Part shown: positions 11,812 to 24,432 of the stretch, one piece after another
How positions within the stretch are numbered: position 1 is the stretch's first letter
Layout: each line of letters starts with the position of its first letter
From: Novakomyces olei
Lineage: Eukaryota
Direction: 5' to 3'
Assembly (NCBI GenBank): GCA_016906335.1
Contig: JADEYG010000001.1
Coordinates: 682,001-746,000, forward strand
DNA: 64,000 bases
Made by a program: the position numbers and the translations under genes
Notes under the pieces: generated by a model
What the model saw: only the letters and a program-made list of their open reading frames with translations
What the model was told of the DNA's origin: nothing
The model's database searches: none

Positions 11812-13433
11812 ATGGCAAGCGATCAAAGTTTAGAGCAATTGCTGCTCACAGTCAAGACACTTCCAGATGCTGTCCTAAAAAGTACGACACTAATTGGCTC
11901 AAACTGTACTAAGAACTTCAAGTTCAGGCTCAGTACGACGAGAAAGTTCATGCATTACAGAACGAACTGGAGCAGCTTAAAACGCGTTTGGAGGAAGCAC
12001 AAGCCAGAGAAAGAAGCAACGCCCTTGAGGTAAGAATACCAAAACAAACGGTCTTTTGTTAAATCTGCTTAATCTAATTAATTTAATTAATCTAATTGAC
12101 TCTAATAAACTAATTATTTTTTATTTCTTCCGTCTGTCAATTATGAATTTTAATTAGCGTCGACTAACAATGAGACTTCTCAACTGAATGATGCAGCCGC
12201 GCACTGGCGCAACAAGTATATTGGTGCCCGTGAAAAATACGCTTTTCTACGTACGCAAACTTGCATTGATTCTTTTCTTACCTAAAACAAGCTAAAATTA
12301 CATCTACTGGCGATCTTTCAAAGACAGAACTGCTTGGTCTGCACGCACAACTGCTAGACAGGTACTTGGTCCTGCAGAAAAAGTACAGTGAGCGGAGACA
12401 GAGTGATTATGCGCCTATCGATGAGGCAATAGGCGCTTTCAGCAACGAGCAAGGAATGAATAGTGTGTCTTTGACAGCTCAGAGCAATGGAACCCGTTCA
12501 AAAAGCAATTCTGATATTACTGAATATGTTCCGGCAAACATGTCGGAAACGAGCCTTATTGGAGGTGAAACACAGCTGGCTGCAAGAGATCCAGAAGATC
12601 TTGCTATGCAAAGAGACACATTTGTGCCTGATTCTGCTTCTGTTTCCTCTGCAGACGAAGACGAACTTGCTTCAGTCCGTGATCCTCCTGTGTCTTCTCC
12701 ACCTTCGTCTTCTTCAACCACAGTTGGACCTTCGTCCAGTCAACCGTTGCACCAAGGAAGATCTCGTCTGGCTGATTTTTCTGTTAATCCTGCTGCAAAT
12801 GAAGGCCGAACTTTTGTGTTTAACGACGACGTTCCTGTCCGCGGGAAACATGCAAATCGGGCACGTTTACTGCCTTGTGTTCACGATGGTCATGGTGCTT
12901 GTGATTGTAAAAATGTGCGATTACTCTTATTCATATTTTTTTTTTTCATTTTGCAATTGATTAATTAAGGGCCTTTTTTCTTCAAGTTTGTTTCAATTAC
13001 CTCTATTTTCGGCGACGGTTGGATAGACAGATGTATATGTCCGTGTATCTCGTGACATACCTTTTTTTTTTTTTTTTTCAAATTTTATCTAATCTGCCAT
13101 TTAATCTAATATATTCTTTTATTGTTAAGGTTCTTTGTATCATTTCAATATCCTAATGTCCAGTTCTACCGCATCCTAGAACAAAATGAAAATACTGAAA
13201 AAACCAATATACGGCAGCAAGTATCGCGGCATCGTGAACGATGGCCTGGAGCATCGGAAGCAGGCAGGAGATCACCGCCTGGGTTCTGGGATGCGAACGA
13301 AACAGACGCGGACCGTGAGCGGCAGTATCGGGCTGAAGCGGAGCGCGAGAGGCAGATACATTTACAGCACAGAATCGAAGAGGCGTCAAAGCCTAATGGC
13401 CGATGGCGTCTAGCAAAGCAGGACAAAAAGTGA
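11812..13433 (+). CDS. ctp1: Ctp1/Sae2/CtIP DNA end-resection factor
   Basis: N-terminal coiled coil split over small exons. C-terminal VRGK..R..L...CDCKN/FY, SRHR and SPPGFW motifs typical of the CtIP family. Introns at about 11882-11922, 12030-12174, 12251-12291 and 12916-13162. Confidence 0.82.
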
Positions 13434-13596
13434 CGGGGGTCTAGAAAATCTAGAAAAAAATCATTAAGCAAACTAATTAATCAAAAGCCTTTATTTATTA
13501 GTTTGTCACTTGACCTACAGCAAAGGATTCAGATTGAACGAGAGAAAGGCGGGAAGAACTTGGATCGGGCAGATCATAAACACAGAATAAATCATA

Positions 13597-15874
13597 TTAG
13601 TTCTGTTTTGTCTCTGCATACTCGACATGATCGATTTGCTCCTTCTTGGCTACGTCCATGCTATTTATGGATTTTAGTTCATCTTCAGCAGCGGCAGCAG
13701 AAGCTTCAGCCTCATAATCCAAATTGGCGCCAAATTCTGCTCGGAAATGCTGGCTAAGTTTGCGCGACTCTATGCCGACGCGGTACCATGGCTTGTTGAA
13801 CACTTGGTGCATATACTCGAGAGGAATTCCCGAAGTCTCGGGTAAAAAGATGCGAATCCAGACTGCCGGCAGTTAGATCAAATAATAGTACTAGAAATAA
13901 TAGTCTAGAAATAATAGTACTAGAAATAATAATGCTAGAAATAATCGCACTAGAAATAATAGAAATAATAGTTAAACAATTTAATAAATGTAAATCGAGT
14001 ATGTAAATATAAAACTGCTTTTCAACTTACCCAACGCCAGCAAGCAGACGACGGCGAAAAAAAGCATAGAGCCAAAAGGCGTGATTCCTCCGTCAGAAAC
14101 GCTGAGCAGCATTCGCGGCAGGGCTTTGCTATTGCCGTACTGATTGGCAAAATGGACGCACATAACGAGACTGGTGCTGATTGCACGCAGATAAAGTGGA
14201 AATATTTCGGCCACCATTGAATACTGAATCGCGTTGAAGCCGAGAGCCCAGCCAATCCCGTTCAGGTAAATCATGGCAATCCCACCAGTTGCGGCCCGTA
14301 CAGTGCTCGGTTCATCTTGATCTGTTGCAATGTCCGGCTTAACGCCGAGGAGAATGGCAATGTAGAGCATAGAGAGCGTCTGAAGCCCAACGCCGAGATA
14401 CACTGAGCGTTTACGGCCAATTCTGTCGATCAAAAACAGAGCACAAATCAGTGACGAAACAAACTTGACAACTCCGAGAATGGCGGTGGCCAACAGACCC
14501 TCTTGATTTCCCGAAACTCCGAGCAGAGCGAAAAAAGTAGGACTATATATAGTGATCGCATTGGCACCAGACCACTGGCCTAGCAACTGGACCATGACGC
14601 CGACCATAAGGCGGTAACGGTTACCCCCGTCGGTGACAAGATCCCGGAGTTTGATAAAGAGAGTCTTGCCTTTGCCAGACTCTTTTTCCTCCTGCGTCAT
14701 TTCCTCTATGAGTTTGAATTCTTTCATTACATATTGGCTTGACAGTGGGAGACCTCGCAACTTTTCAAGAGCCTTTATCGCTTCATCACGGCGACCGCGT
14801 TTAAGAAGCATTCGTGGGCTTTCCGTACAAAACAATGATGCGATAATTGTGACCCTTGCCGTTAATATTCTCGAAATAATTATTGGAAATAATGGCCTTT
14901 GAACAAAGACGAGATATGGAGTGCTCAACGGCTGATTAACAAAATAACCAGAACGCACGAGTAATTAACAAAATTAATCAAGTTTGAAATGAAATAAATG
15001 GCCTAGCTGACATACCCTGCAAATATTATCTGTACAGTGAGCGGAGTAATCCAACGTCGTCGGCCCGTCAAGTGGATCGATGAACCCCAGTCTTTTAATT
15101 AGCTCGCATTATTAGCAGACGCTTACTTGCAAAATAAGAAATCATGATGCCGAGATAAACGCTGCCCGAAAATGCACAAGAAACCATCCCGCGGATCTCT
15201 GAGGGCGCAGTTTCAGCGAGGTACGCTGGCCCAATGACAGCACTTTGACCAATTGCGAGTCCGGCAACAATTCGACCTTTTAATGTCAGCTACATTCATG
15301 CCTAGTCGAAACTTATGACTTAATCATCGGGTATTTTTCTTGTCATAGTTTTTTAATTACTTTTCAATCCTTGACTTTCTCGGTTTGTCTGATTCTTCTC
15401 TTTAATGTTGGTTCTTTTGATTCTTATTTGCATCCCTTCTTTTTGTTTTGTTTTCTTCTTTTACTTCTTTTTTTTTTTCCTTTTTTTTAAAAAATTCTTA
15501 CCAATATATAGCTGTCCAATCGTTGTCGAGGTGACTTCAATAACAACTCCGACAATCCAGACAACACACAATTCACGCAGAGCCCAAATACGGCCAATTC
15601 GATCGACGATAAGAAAAGCAAAAAGGGCGCCAGCAATAGAAAGCAGCTGGACCATCGCTGAAATATTGCCTTGGCGTTCCGCATTAGCCTGTGGACTGTT
15701 GAGCTGAAGAAATGTTGCCTCAAAAGCCGGAGAAGACTCCATTCCCGAGACGGCACCTTCATCGAGTCCACGCGCGGCACCTAATAGACCAAAGGCTAAA
15801 ATGCAGGCACCTAATTGCCAATTAAAGATTTCTGGGGGCGCATTGCCTTTGTCAAAGAGCTTAATTCCATACAT
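13597..15874 (-). CDS. MFS sugar-porter family transporter (quinate permease-like)
   Basis: Motifs ARGLDEG, DRIGR, YLAETAP..IRG, ESPR, QWSGANAITIYSP, DRIGRKR, AEIFPL.LR and LPETSG. Four GT-AG introns: 15501-15277, 15126-15092, 15015-14855 and about 14030-13863. Confidence 0.9.
13880..13971. repeat. Approximately 15-bp tandem repeat (AAATAATAGTACTAG-like) in the last intron of the MFS gene
   Basis: About 6 imperfect copies are visible. Confidence 0.8.
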
Positions 15875-16004
15875 TATTGCCAACGGCTGTATAGAATTCT
15901 ATAAGCAATTGAGAGCCAAGGATCAAAAGTCGCATGTACGCCAATTCAGGCGTTTGGGTTGTGACGAGTAGTGATCCGTGCTATTTATTGTGCAACCAAC
16001 GAAT

Positions 16005-16261
16005 GCGGGGAACATGTGCACCGAATCAAATGGCGGCGCTTATTTGCCGAGGATCTGTCTACAGGAGAAATCGTATGTGAAAATTTAAGAGTTTATCTGT
16101 TACTTTCCCCACAAGATTCATATCTGCCGATCGTTGTTAAAACTGCTGTTTGCGCGCCGGCATTAGGCGGGATGCTGCACTTTTGCCTATTATGGGGCTA
16201 ATAAGCGAAACTTGTGGGGATTCGAGATTTACCGAAGGAAAGGGGAATATCTTTGGCGGAG
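16005..16261. promoter_or_regulatory. Putative CreA/Mig1 (SYGGRG) sites upstream of the MFS permease
   Basis: GCGGGG at 16005, CCCCAC at 16107, GTGGGG at 16214 and GCGGAG at 16256, all within 400 bp of the ATG. Confidence 0.35.
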
Positions 16262-17195
16262 GTTATTACCATTTTTATTACATAGTATACACTTACTTTT
16301 ATCATACTCGATATTAAATAAGGCCAATTTACATACAATTCATCCCGCCTTCAACGAGATTCACACTGGTATGACCGTTTATGGTATATGATTTCCGAAT
16401 ATCGTTCGGGCTGCACTTATCGCGATTTGGAGACTCGCAAAGATTATTCGCAAAAATTATACTTCGGCGGGCGATAGACTTTTCTTGGCAAAGGTGTTGG
16501 AATGTTCAAGACTACGGAACAAAAACAATAAACACTATTTGGCCGATAAGCTGATCAAAAGCTTGTGTTACTGCCCTGCGGCCGGCGCTGAACTTTAACC
16601 AGCAATAATATAGAGTTCCAACTAAATAATAAGCAATGGTAAAGGATAGGAAGATAGAAAAGCGTTGCTGAATATGAGAGCACGGGCGCGTATTAAACAG
16701 TTTTGTGAAATGGCAGCAGTAAAGCAATCAGGCTGATGAGAAACATGGGCAGTGCAAGCGATACAGCTACACCAATCGGCTGCAGCTTAAAAGCCTCTGA
16801 AACACATTCACCCAGTGGCAAGCACCTGCTTGCTTGCACATGCTGGCTTTCTAAGCCTACCTGCCGCACACACCATTGCTTACCATCTCACAGAAGGTAA
16901 ACTGGTCATAAGGGTTAGGGTTTAAGTTAATTTGACAGTGTGAATAATCACAGACTGGAGCATTACGTGAAATCAGAGGAGTACTCCAGGCTACTTGGCC
17001 TTTTTTATTTATTTATTTTGAAGTATTGCTTCGTATAAACTCGTAACCGTCAGACTATCCTCTATCTGCGCACCCTTTTGGCGTATTGTCGTATAATTCA
17101 GATTCCGGGGTCAAAGGCGACGGTATAAAGCACAATGGCAGTTGTCCCTTGTAGCAGCGTCCTTAGTAGCAGCGTCCTTAGTAGCAGCGGTTACA

Positions 17196-18116
17196 ATGGA
17201 CGCACCACCACCATACGGCTACGCGATTGGCGGGACTGATCCTCTGCCGCCAGTGGCAACGGAGAATGGCGACGGTAATTTGTATGCCAATCGTCATACG
17301 GCAAAACCATCGGCGCCGCTCTCACAATTAGACGGAAGGCCTTCGCCTCGAGACAGACGGCCGATCGTTATCCCACAGGGCTCGTACGGATTCTCACAAG
17401 TTTACGCGCCCGTTCTTGAAGACTATGGGCTATCAAAACAGGACTTTGCCGTTATTCTGGCAGAGTTGGGCGGCAGTGGCAGTGGCAGACAGATCGGGCC
17501 TTGTAACAATTTCGATAGTGTCCTTTCCGGACGTGGCGGCCGCAGAGCGGGATTAGTACGGCCAATCAGTCTGCTGTGGGGTATTGGCTCCAGTCTTGTT
17601 GGCGTGGGACGGGCCGCTGCTACTGATACAATGACCAACAAAATGGCCCGACTGAATCGGGCCGTGTTGCAGCCACGTGGGCTGTACGCACGTACCGTGG
17701 GAACGTTAGAGTTGGAGACTCTTGTGCTGCAATTGCCGAGGGGAACTTTAAGCGATGTCTTTTACGGCAGTTCAGCAGAGGCGGCTGTTGAGCAATTGCC
17801 GATGCTGCTGGGCACTAACGTAGCCCCGCTCGTGCCCGTGGCCAATGAAGCCCTGTCGCGGCTGCAGTGGAGGTACGAACGGGATATACTGAATCTGGAT
17901 CGGAGAGAAGAACGGCAAATGCTACGTCACACGCCGGGTCAGCCGTGGCGGGGGCGTTTCCATGACGATCATACGCTGTTGCGCATCAATTACGAACGTG
18001 AGCGCCTTCAAAACAACTACGATAGACACATGTGCCGTCATCAGTGTAGATCAGGGCGCCAGGGCCAAGGGGTGGGAGCAACTGTTACACAGTGGTTGGT
18101 CATCGAGTGCTTGTAG
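17196..18116 (+). CDS. Hypothetical protein (fungal PxxIPQ...YAPxLxxxG family, function unknown)
   Basis: Intronless ORF of about 306 aa from the ATG at 17196, with TATAAAG at about 17124. The APPPY, PIVIPQ...YAPVLEDYGL and C-terminal WLVI segments resemble an uncharacterised fungal family (from recall, not searched). Confidence 0.6.
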   Translation: MDAPPPYGYAIGGTDPLPPVATENGDGNLYANRHTAKPSAPLSQLDGRPSPRDRRPIVIPQGSYGFSQVYAPVLEDYGLSKQDFAVILAELGGSGSGRQIGPCNNFDSVLSGRGGRRAGLVRPISLLWGIGSSLVGVGRAAATDTMTNKMARLNRAVLQPRGLYARTVGTLELETLVLQLPRGTLSDVFYGSSAEAAVEQLPMLLGTNVAPLVPVANEALSRLQWRYERDILNLDRREERQMLRHTPGQPWRGRFHDDHTLLRINYERERLQNNYDRHMCRHQCRSGRQGQGVGATVTQWLVIECL

Positions 18117-18313
18117 GTACAGTGTGATTTGTATCGTATATTACAACAACAACGACGTGCTTGTGCGGTCGATTGGTTTGGGAAATGAGGATCAGTCTCG
18201 TTCTACATCAGTTCGTTTCAAGCTTTACTTCAACCACTATTAGGTTAGTTAGGGTTAGTTAGGGTTATTACTTTTGATCACTCTTTTCGACATGCCGCTA
18301 ATAATGATAAACG

Positions 18314-18391
18314 GTAATAAAGACACAGTAATAAAGACAACAGTAATAAAGACAACAGTAATAAAGACAACAGTAATAAAGACAACAGTAA
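18314..18391. repeat. 15-bp tandem repeat (GTAATAAAGACAACA)
   Basis: About 5 copies are visible. Confidence 0.85.
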
Positions 18392-18502
18392 AATAAAGCT
18401 GTTATTTCTATAGTAAATAGAAAATAGTAATTATTAATTATAATTAATTATATGGCCCAAAAGTCAATGGCTAATACGAAAACGAGATAAGCGCTTGCCG
18501 TG

Positions 18503-20127
18503 ATGGAGCGACTCCGAAATCTTGGTAAGCATTACGAGCCTGCATCTTACCAATTAAAGGTCATTTGGAAAGGTACTCGTCTACGCGCTACAGTCTCGGG
18601 TTCTACTATAACGTGGCGGTAACGGCAACTTTTGAAGTTCCTGAAACGAGTACAAATGTAATCCGCGCCGTCATTTGTAACGCGTGCGCTGCCATAACTG
18701 CGGACGAACCTAATCTTGGCATTGTAGTGGACTGCGCGGATACAGGTCCCGATTTTTATACGCGCTTGCCGTCAATTCGTACTGCCAGCGCCATAAAATT
18801 TATCGATATTTGCGAAAAAGATTCGTTTTCAGAGTCGCGAGAGCTCGATGCCTTTCTGGAAAGGGCTCACAATGAGCCTTTTGAACCCTTTGCAGAGTCG
18901 CCTTTTTTCCGCCTTTATGTCCTGCTGGATTCGCACTTGAATAAACACACTTTTTTCCGTGCAGTTTTTGTTTTCCACCACGCAATCGGAGACGGCCGCT
19001 CGGGCTTGATCTTCCACTCAAGGCTAGATAAGGAGATTGACAAACTGCTAAACTCTGCGAATGATAAGGGTGGGGGTCACAATGGTTTGCAGACAGATAC
19101 TGCGAATTCGGAAACAGTAGATTTGAATTCATCTACACTACACAGCCGAACGGACTCACTATTGGCAGACTTGAAAGTCCCAGAGTACCTGCCAGTGTGT
19201 ACTCGTCCCATATCTCCCAGCTTGGAGCAAATGTACTATTTACCATATACTTGGTGGTTCGTTGCACGCGCTCTTTTCAAGCCCCGTGGTAAGATATGGA
19301 CGGGTGGTGCTGTCAGCAGTGTGGAGCAAAAACATTCGAGTTATCGTCATATTGTAATTCAGGGCTCCTCACTGCTGGCCGCTCGCTGTCGCTCACGGCA
19401 GATTACAGTGGGCAGTTTGATACAGACTTTGACTGCCAAATTGCTGGCAAATTACGTGGATCCTCATGACTTTAATGCGTTTGTAATAGACTCAGCGGTC
19501 GATTGCCGGCGCTGGCTGAATGGCCAACAGGGATTTGGTGTATTTGTATGTAATCACGTGGCCACAACTACAAGAGAGCTATTACAAACGTCGGGATCGG
19601 TATCCGCAACGGGCCCTGAGACTGATAAAGTCGGGACTGAGCCGAGCCTGACTTTGTCTAGATCGAAATCAAGCTTGTCTAAATCAAATTCAAATCTGTC
19701 AACTTTAACTTCCGATAAATTCCCATGGCACGAGGCACAGCGTTTGCGCCAACAGACTCTTGATTTTGTCAAGAGTGGAGGGAAAAATTCTCCTACTGCT
19801 CTTCTGAAATTCCTTCCAAATCTAAAAAATTATCTTTTATCAGCAGTTGGTAAACCTCGATCAGCTAGTTTTTCCTTCTCTAATCTAGGCTCCTTTAATG
19901 CTGGCCATAATACGCATATAAAACATCTAGTTTTTAGTCAATCGGCTGGTCATTCGGGACACCCGTTCGAGCTGTCGTGTGTCAGCAATTGGAGCGAGGG
20001 CGAGAGTGAATTTGATACCCTTACAATCGGCTTGTCTAGCCCAGCTGGAGGCATTGGCCCAGACTTGCTGGACAATCTGATTCACAATTTAAAGCAAGAG
20101 CTGGAGGCTATTGTGCGGGGAGTTTAG
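18503..20127 (+). CDS. Alcohol acetyltransferase (AATase, Atf/Sli1-like) family protein
   Basis: Exon 1 (18503-18524) plus a 35-nt intron gives MERLRNLGHLERYS. Catalytic HHAIGDG (HxxxDG), FSNLG and FSQS motifs. Confidence 0.85.
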
Positions 20128-21040
20128 CGCTCTGGATTTGTATAGAATTTATAATAGATAGAATTAATTGCTAATCAAACGAATCAACCGCGTCTAGCGA
20201 ACGGTGACAGCTCTGTCTGGATATAGGTTTACATGTACAAAACGTGTATATAAATATCTATACATATCTTTACAAATATCAATGTCTATAATATCTACAA
20301 TATCTACAATATCCACAAAATCTATACGACATGATTTTCTCAAAATGGGTCGAAATAGGTATTACCAGATTCATCCACAGATAACGCTTATAAAACGGAT
20401 ACAAAAGTAGGGTTTTTGTAGAGGAGGACGAATGAAATGAATGAGAATTACAATGTAACACACACATATACTAAGAATGCGCAAAGCTAAAGGTCTTTAT
20501 CGAATTGCGCCTGCAAGATCCAACGACAATTAATGCCCGCAAAACACACAGATCGTACCTTGAGATGGACGATGGCGCGTGGCAAAATATAAATTCGATC
20601 AAATCATATGTTAATCGTCGAATCGTTGTACAAGCAATGAATGAATGAAGGAATAAATAAATAAATAACTGACTGAAAATTACCAGTATGCCAAGCGTGC
20701 AGCCTGGACTATACTGTAACTATGTCAAGTAACGCTGCCTGCACAAATCTTCAAACCCAAATCTGCACACCAGTCTCCACTTTTCCTCGCCCCTAATTTA
20801 ATCAGTCGTTCGCCATTTTAAATCGTCTGAAGCGCACAATGATGGGATTGTTTTCAACATTACCGCTCACCTATCCGGTCGCCAGCCTTGAGGGCAAAAG
20901 GAACAATTAAAACGGTCTTTAAAGTGCTCATCTACCATTTTTTCTGTGCGCTTTTGTTTGGCTCTTTGTTTACGAATTGAAATTTGAAGCGCCAATTGCT
21001 GTCAGCCAGATTGAAGCTATACTACGTGCCTCTTTTGACG

Positions 21041-23391
21041 ATGGATCAGACAGTAATGGAAGCCATCGTGGTCCCGCTCGGTCAGCCGCGACTATTTAAA
21101 TCGAGCGAGTTCCTGCCACACCATATTACTCCACAAGATATAGAGGCGGCGCGCTCCCTGCGTCTACAGAAAGTGACCAGCCTTCAAGGGTTTGCTCACT
21201 CCACGTTTTCTACACGAGCTCGCTTGGGAGCCAATGGTACATTTGCACTCCTCTATCTTTACTTTAATTCCTTTGTTTTATTATTGATTGTACTGCTTTT
21301 GCCGGTCAGCAGCCAAATAGTTTCTGGCCAGACTGTTGTGCTTCGTACCCTAAGCTAAAGAGTGATCGAGAAAGCTGTTGGGAATTTGCATGGCCGAGAA
21401 ATTTAAGTTTGGTCCTATTTTTTGGGTTTGACTTGGCTGGGCTGCGTTACACAACACTTGTGCGTGCTTAATGGCCATGTGTCACAGGACCTGCCTGTGC
21501 CGACTCGTCCTAGTTTTGCTTTAATGCTATCAGCACTTTTGTTTTTCACCTTTAACAATTCTCACTAACTCTCAGCTTCGCCTGTAGCGACACCACACAA
21601 ACCAGCATCGGCTAATACTACGCGCAAGTACAAATCATATTCCTGCAGTATGTATTTAATGTTTCGCTTTAGTTTTCGCTTAATTTTCGGCTAACGTGTC
21701 TAGCATTTTGTAGAAAGCGCAAAATTCGTTGTGTCCGAGACGAGAACACTGGCTTGGAGAATAGACCTTGTCAAAAATGCCGTGAACTAAATCGTGTATG
21801 TATTTACGAGGAAAGGGCGCCCTCAAACGTTCAAAGTACCTCGCCCACTATGGCAGATCAGGCACTATCAAAGCTCATGTCTGTGTTATCGATAGAAAAC
21901 AGCGGAAAAGGTATGGCAATTAGAAGGGAAGAAATTAGAGGAGAATACAAATGACAAAAGAGCTAGAACCATTCACATATATGAAAGTTAGTAATGCAAA
22001 ACTAACAATACTAGCGTCGTACAAAGATTTGCAGACGCCGGTAGAAACGAGAAAGGGCGGCGTCTTTGATTACTTGCAGCTAGGCGAGGATATTTGCACT
22101 CGTCTTCTTGACCAGTATTTTACGTACTTCCATTCTTTTACTCCGATCGTGAATGAACAGTGGTTTCGTCGCACTTGGGACCAAAATCCACAAGATGTAC
22201 CTATTTGGCTTGTTGTAAACGTGCTCGCGGTGGCCGCCATGATTGAAACAAACAATTTCTACCAGGAAAGTTCCGTGATACAGCTACAAAAGGCGAAATT
22301 ACTTAAACAACTGAGCGTTGGTAAGATTAGATTTAGTTTGCATTTTTTATTTTATTTTCTTCTAACAAACAGGTTTGAGCAAAGAATACTTTTCATGCCG
22401 ATCTTTACACTCGCTGCAAGGCGGAATATTACACTTTCATCTCGTCGACACAGACAAAAGAGAGGCGCGTAATTTCGAGCTGTGGATCCTTCTCTCTATC
22501 TTGATAGAAGTCGCTCAAGAAATTGGATGCTGTGACGTGCTAAGCTCCCGACTGGACGCAGACGATTACGACTCTGCATTAAACTGCTGGCGGGCGTTAA
22601 TGGTGAAAGAGTTAGTATGTAACATTCCCGTTGGCCGAGCGTTTAGACAGCGCATTGAAGACTTTCATCTCTGCTACTTCAGCCTGAAAGACCATGAGAC
22701 AGTTGAGAATATTGCGCCTCTTTATATGGCGGGAATTTACAAGTATCTGGACCTACTGCGCTTGGGCTCTGCTAATGTGGAAACTTCAAAGACAGAAAGT
22801 ATTTCTTTTTTCTCCAAAATGATTTTGCTTTTGGACGGTATAGAATCCAAGATGCCCTCACATGTGCGCGCCCGGTTTCCTCATGACTGTCCTGAACAGA
22901 AACCCGAAATTGCCTGTATCGCGACTGGATTTTGTGAATTGGCAACGCTGACAGCCAGACGGCTTGTAATGCAGCCGTTTTTCTCGCTGGCAGGGTTTTC
23001 CACAACTTTTTCCCAGTCTAGATTGTTTTATATGTACAGCACGATTCAGCACACACTTTGGCTTTGCCAAGCAATGGTGGAGAAATGGGGGTTTGGTGTT
23101 TTCCGGCTGCATACTTCCCGAGGATATTACCTGCTGTACGCTATCAACGGTGTACTGCAATTATTATACTCTTTCCGTGAGAACATCCCGTCTGTCGTGG
23201 CCTCTAGATCGGCTATCCAAGCTCTTATTGGTGGACTTGCGGATTTTTTGCTGCAAGTTATAACGTTTGTAGAGCTCGACTCGGGGGATTCCTCGCTCGC
23301 TCGGTACAAGCAGATCATTGCTGTTTTATGCGACCAGGGTGATACGTCTCAGCCGCAGTCGATTGCAGAGACGCCGGTGCGTTCTGTTTAG
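21041..23391 (+). CDS. Zn(II)2Cys6 fungal transcription factor
   Basis: Spliced SC/TFCRKRKIRC...PCQKCRELNRVC zinc cluster, then a fungal TF middle region (YFTYFHSFTPIV). The first exon (21041-21236) is inferred from phase and is less certain. Confidence 0.8.
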
Positions 23392-23428
23392 ACCGGGGTA
23401 TTACAATATTTTATTATTATATTATTAT

Positions 23429-23657
23429 ATTGTCTCATTGTTTCATTGTTTCATTGTTTCATTGTTTCATTGTTTCATTGTCTCATTGTTTCATTGTTTC
23501 ATTGTTTCATTGTTTCATTGTTTCATTGTTTCATTGTTTCATTGTTTCATTGTTTCATTGTTTCATTGTTTCATTGTTTCATTGTTTCATTGTTTCATTG
23601 TTTCATTGTTTCATTGTTTCATTGTTTCATTGTTTCATTGTCTCAATGTTTCATGTT
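23429..23657. repeat. 8-bp microsatellite (CATTGTTT)n
   Basis: About 28 near-perfect copies just after the TF stop codon. Confidence 0.95.
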
Positions 23658-24160
23658 TCCATATTTTATTATTTTAATGTTTTATTTTTTGTTTTGTGTA
23701 TATGAATCGTTTGCAATAGTATGTAAATAGTGTAATCATGAGCCGAGTAAAGACGGGTTAAATTGAGGCTGAAAAGGCGGAGTAGAACAGAGAGTACGAG
23801 AAGAGTAGAATTAAATGTGAATAAAACAGAGAATTTCAACTGCGCCTTGCCGCCGTATATATAAGTACAAAGGTTTGCAGATAATCGTTATACATACAGC
23901 TGTACATTCACACTCGTACGGCACTAAGCTTACTGATTTAAGGCTTACTGATTTAATGCTTATTGATTGCGTGTGCTCGTGTAATATTAGCGTCAACTAA
24001 TCTGCCAAGTTTACTTGTATTTACAAAAAAACTAGAGCCAAACGTTTACGCGTCCAACATGTGCATACCCCGGATTCGTGCGTCATCCCTGCGGGACAGA
24101 GTACGAATGAACGTGACGCTTAAAACACTTGAAACACAGAGAGAAAACCTGAGCTGGAGC

Positions 24161-24366
24161 ATTGCAATTTCCATAAATACATTGCAATTTCCATAAATAA
24201 ATTGCAATTTCCATAACTACTACATTGCAATTTCCATAAATACATTGCAATTTCCATACCTCATTGCAATTATCCATAACTACTACATTGCAATTTCCAT
24301 ACCACATTGCAATTTCCATAATTACTATATTGCAATTTCCATAACTACTACATTGCAATTTCCATA
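24161..24366. repeat. Minisatellite with a 15-bp core ATTGCAATTTCCATA and variable 4-8-bp spacers
   Basis: 10 cores at 24161, 24181, 24201, 24224, 24244, 24263, 24287, 24306, 24329 and 24352. Confidence 0.92.
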
Positions 24367-24432
24367 CCTACTAGCCACCTGTCTATCTATCCCATATAGC
24401 AACCATCAATGCCATATGATCATATAATATCA

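Noticed and set aside
23318-23730. ORFs encoding (IVSLFHCF)n
   Set aside because: They are translations of the 8-bp microsatellite.
24161-24366. CRISPR-like repeat-spacer array
   Set aside because: The repeats are 15 bp and the spacers only 4-8 bp and reused; there are no cas genes and the context is eukaryotic.
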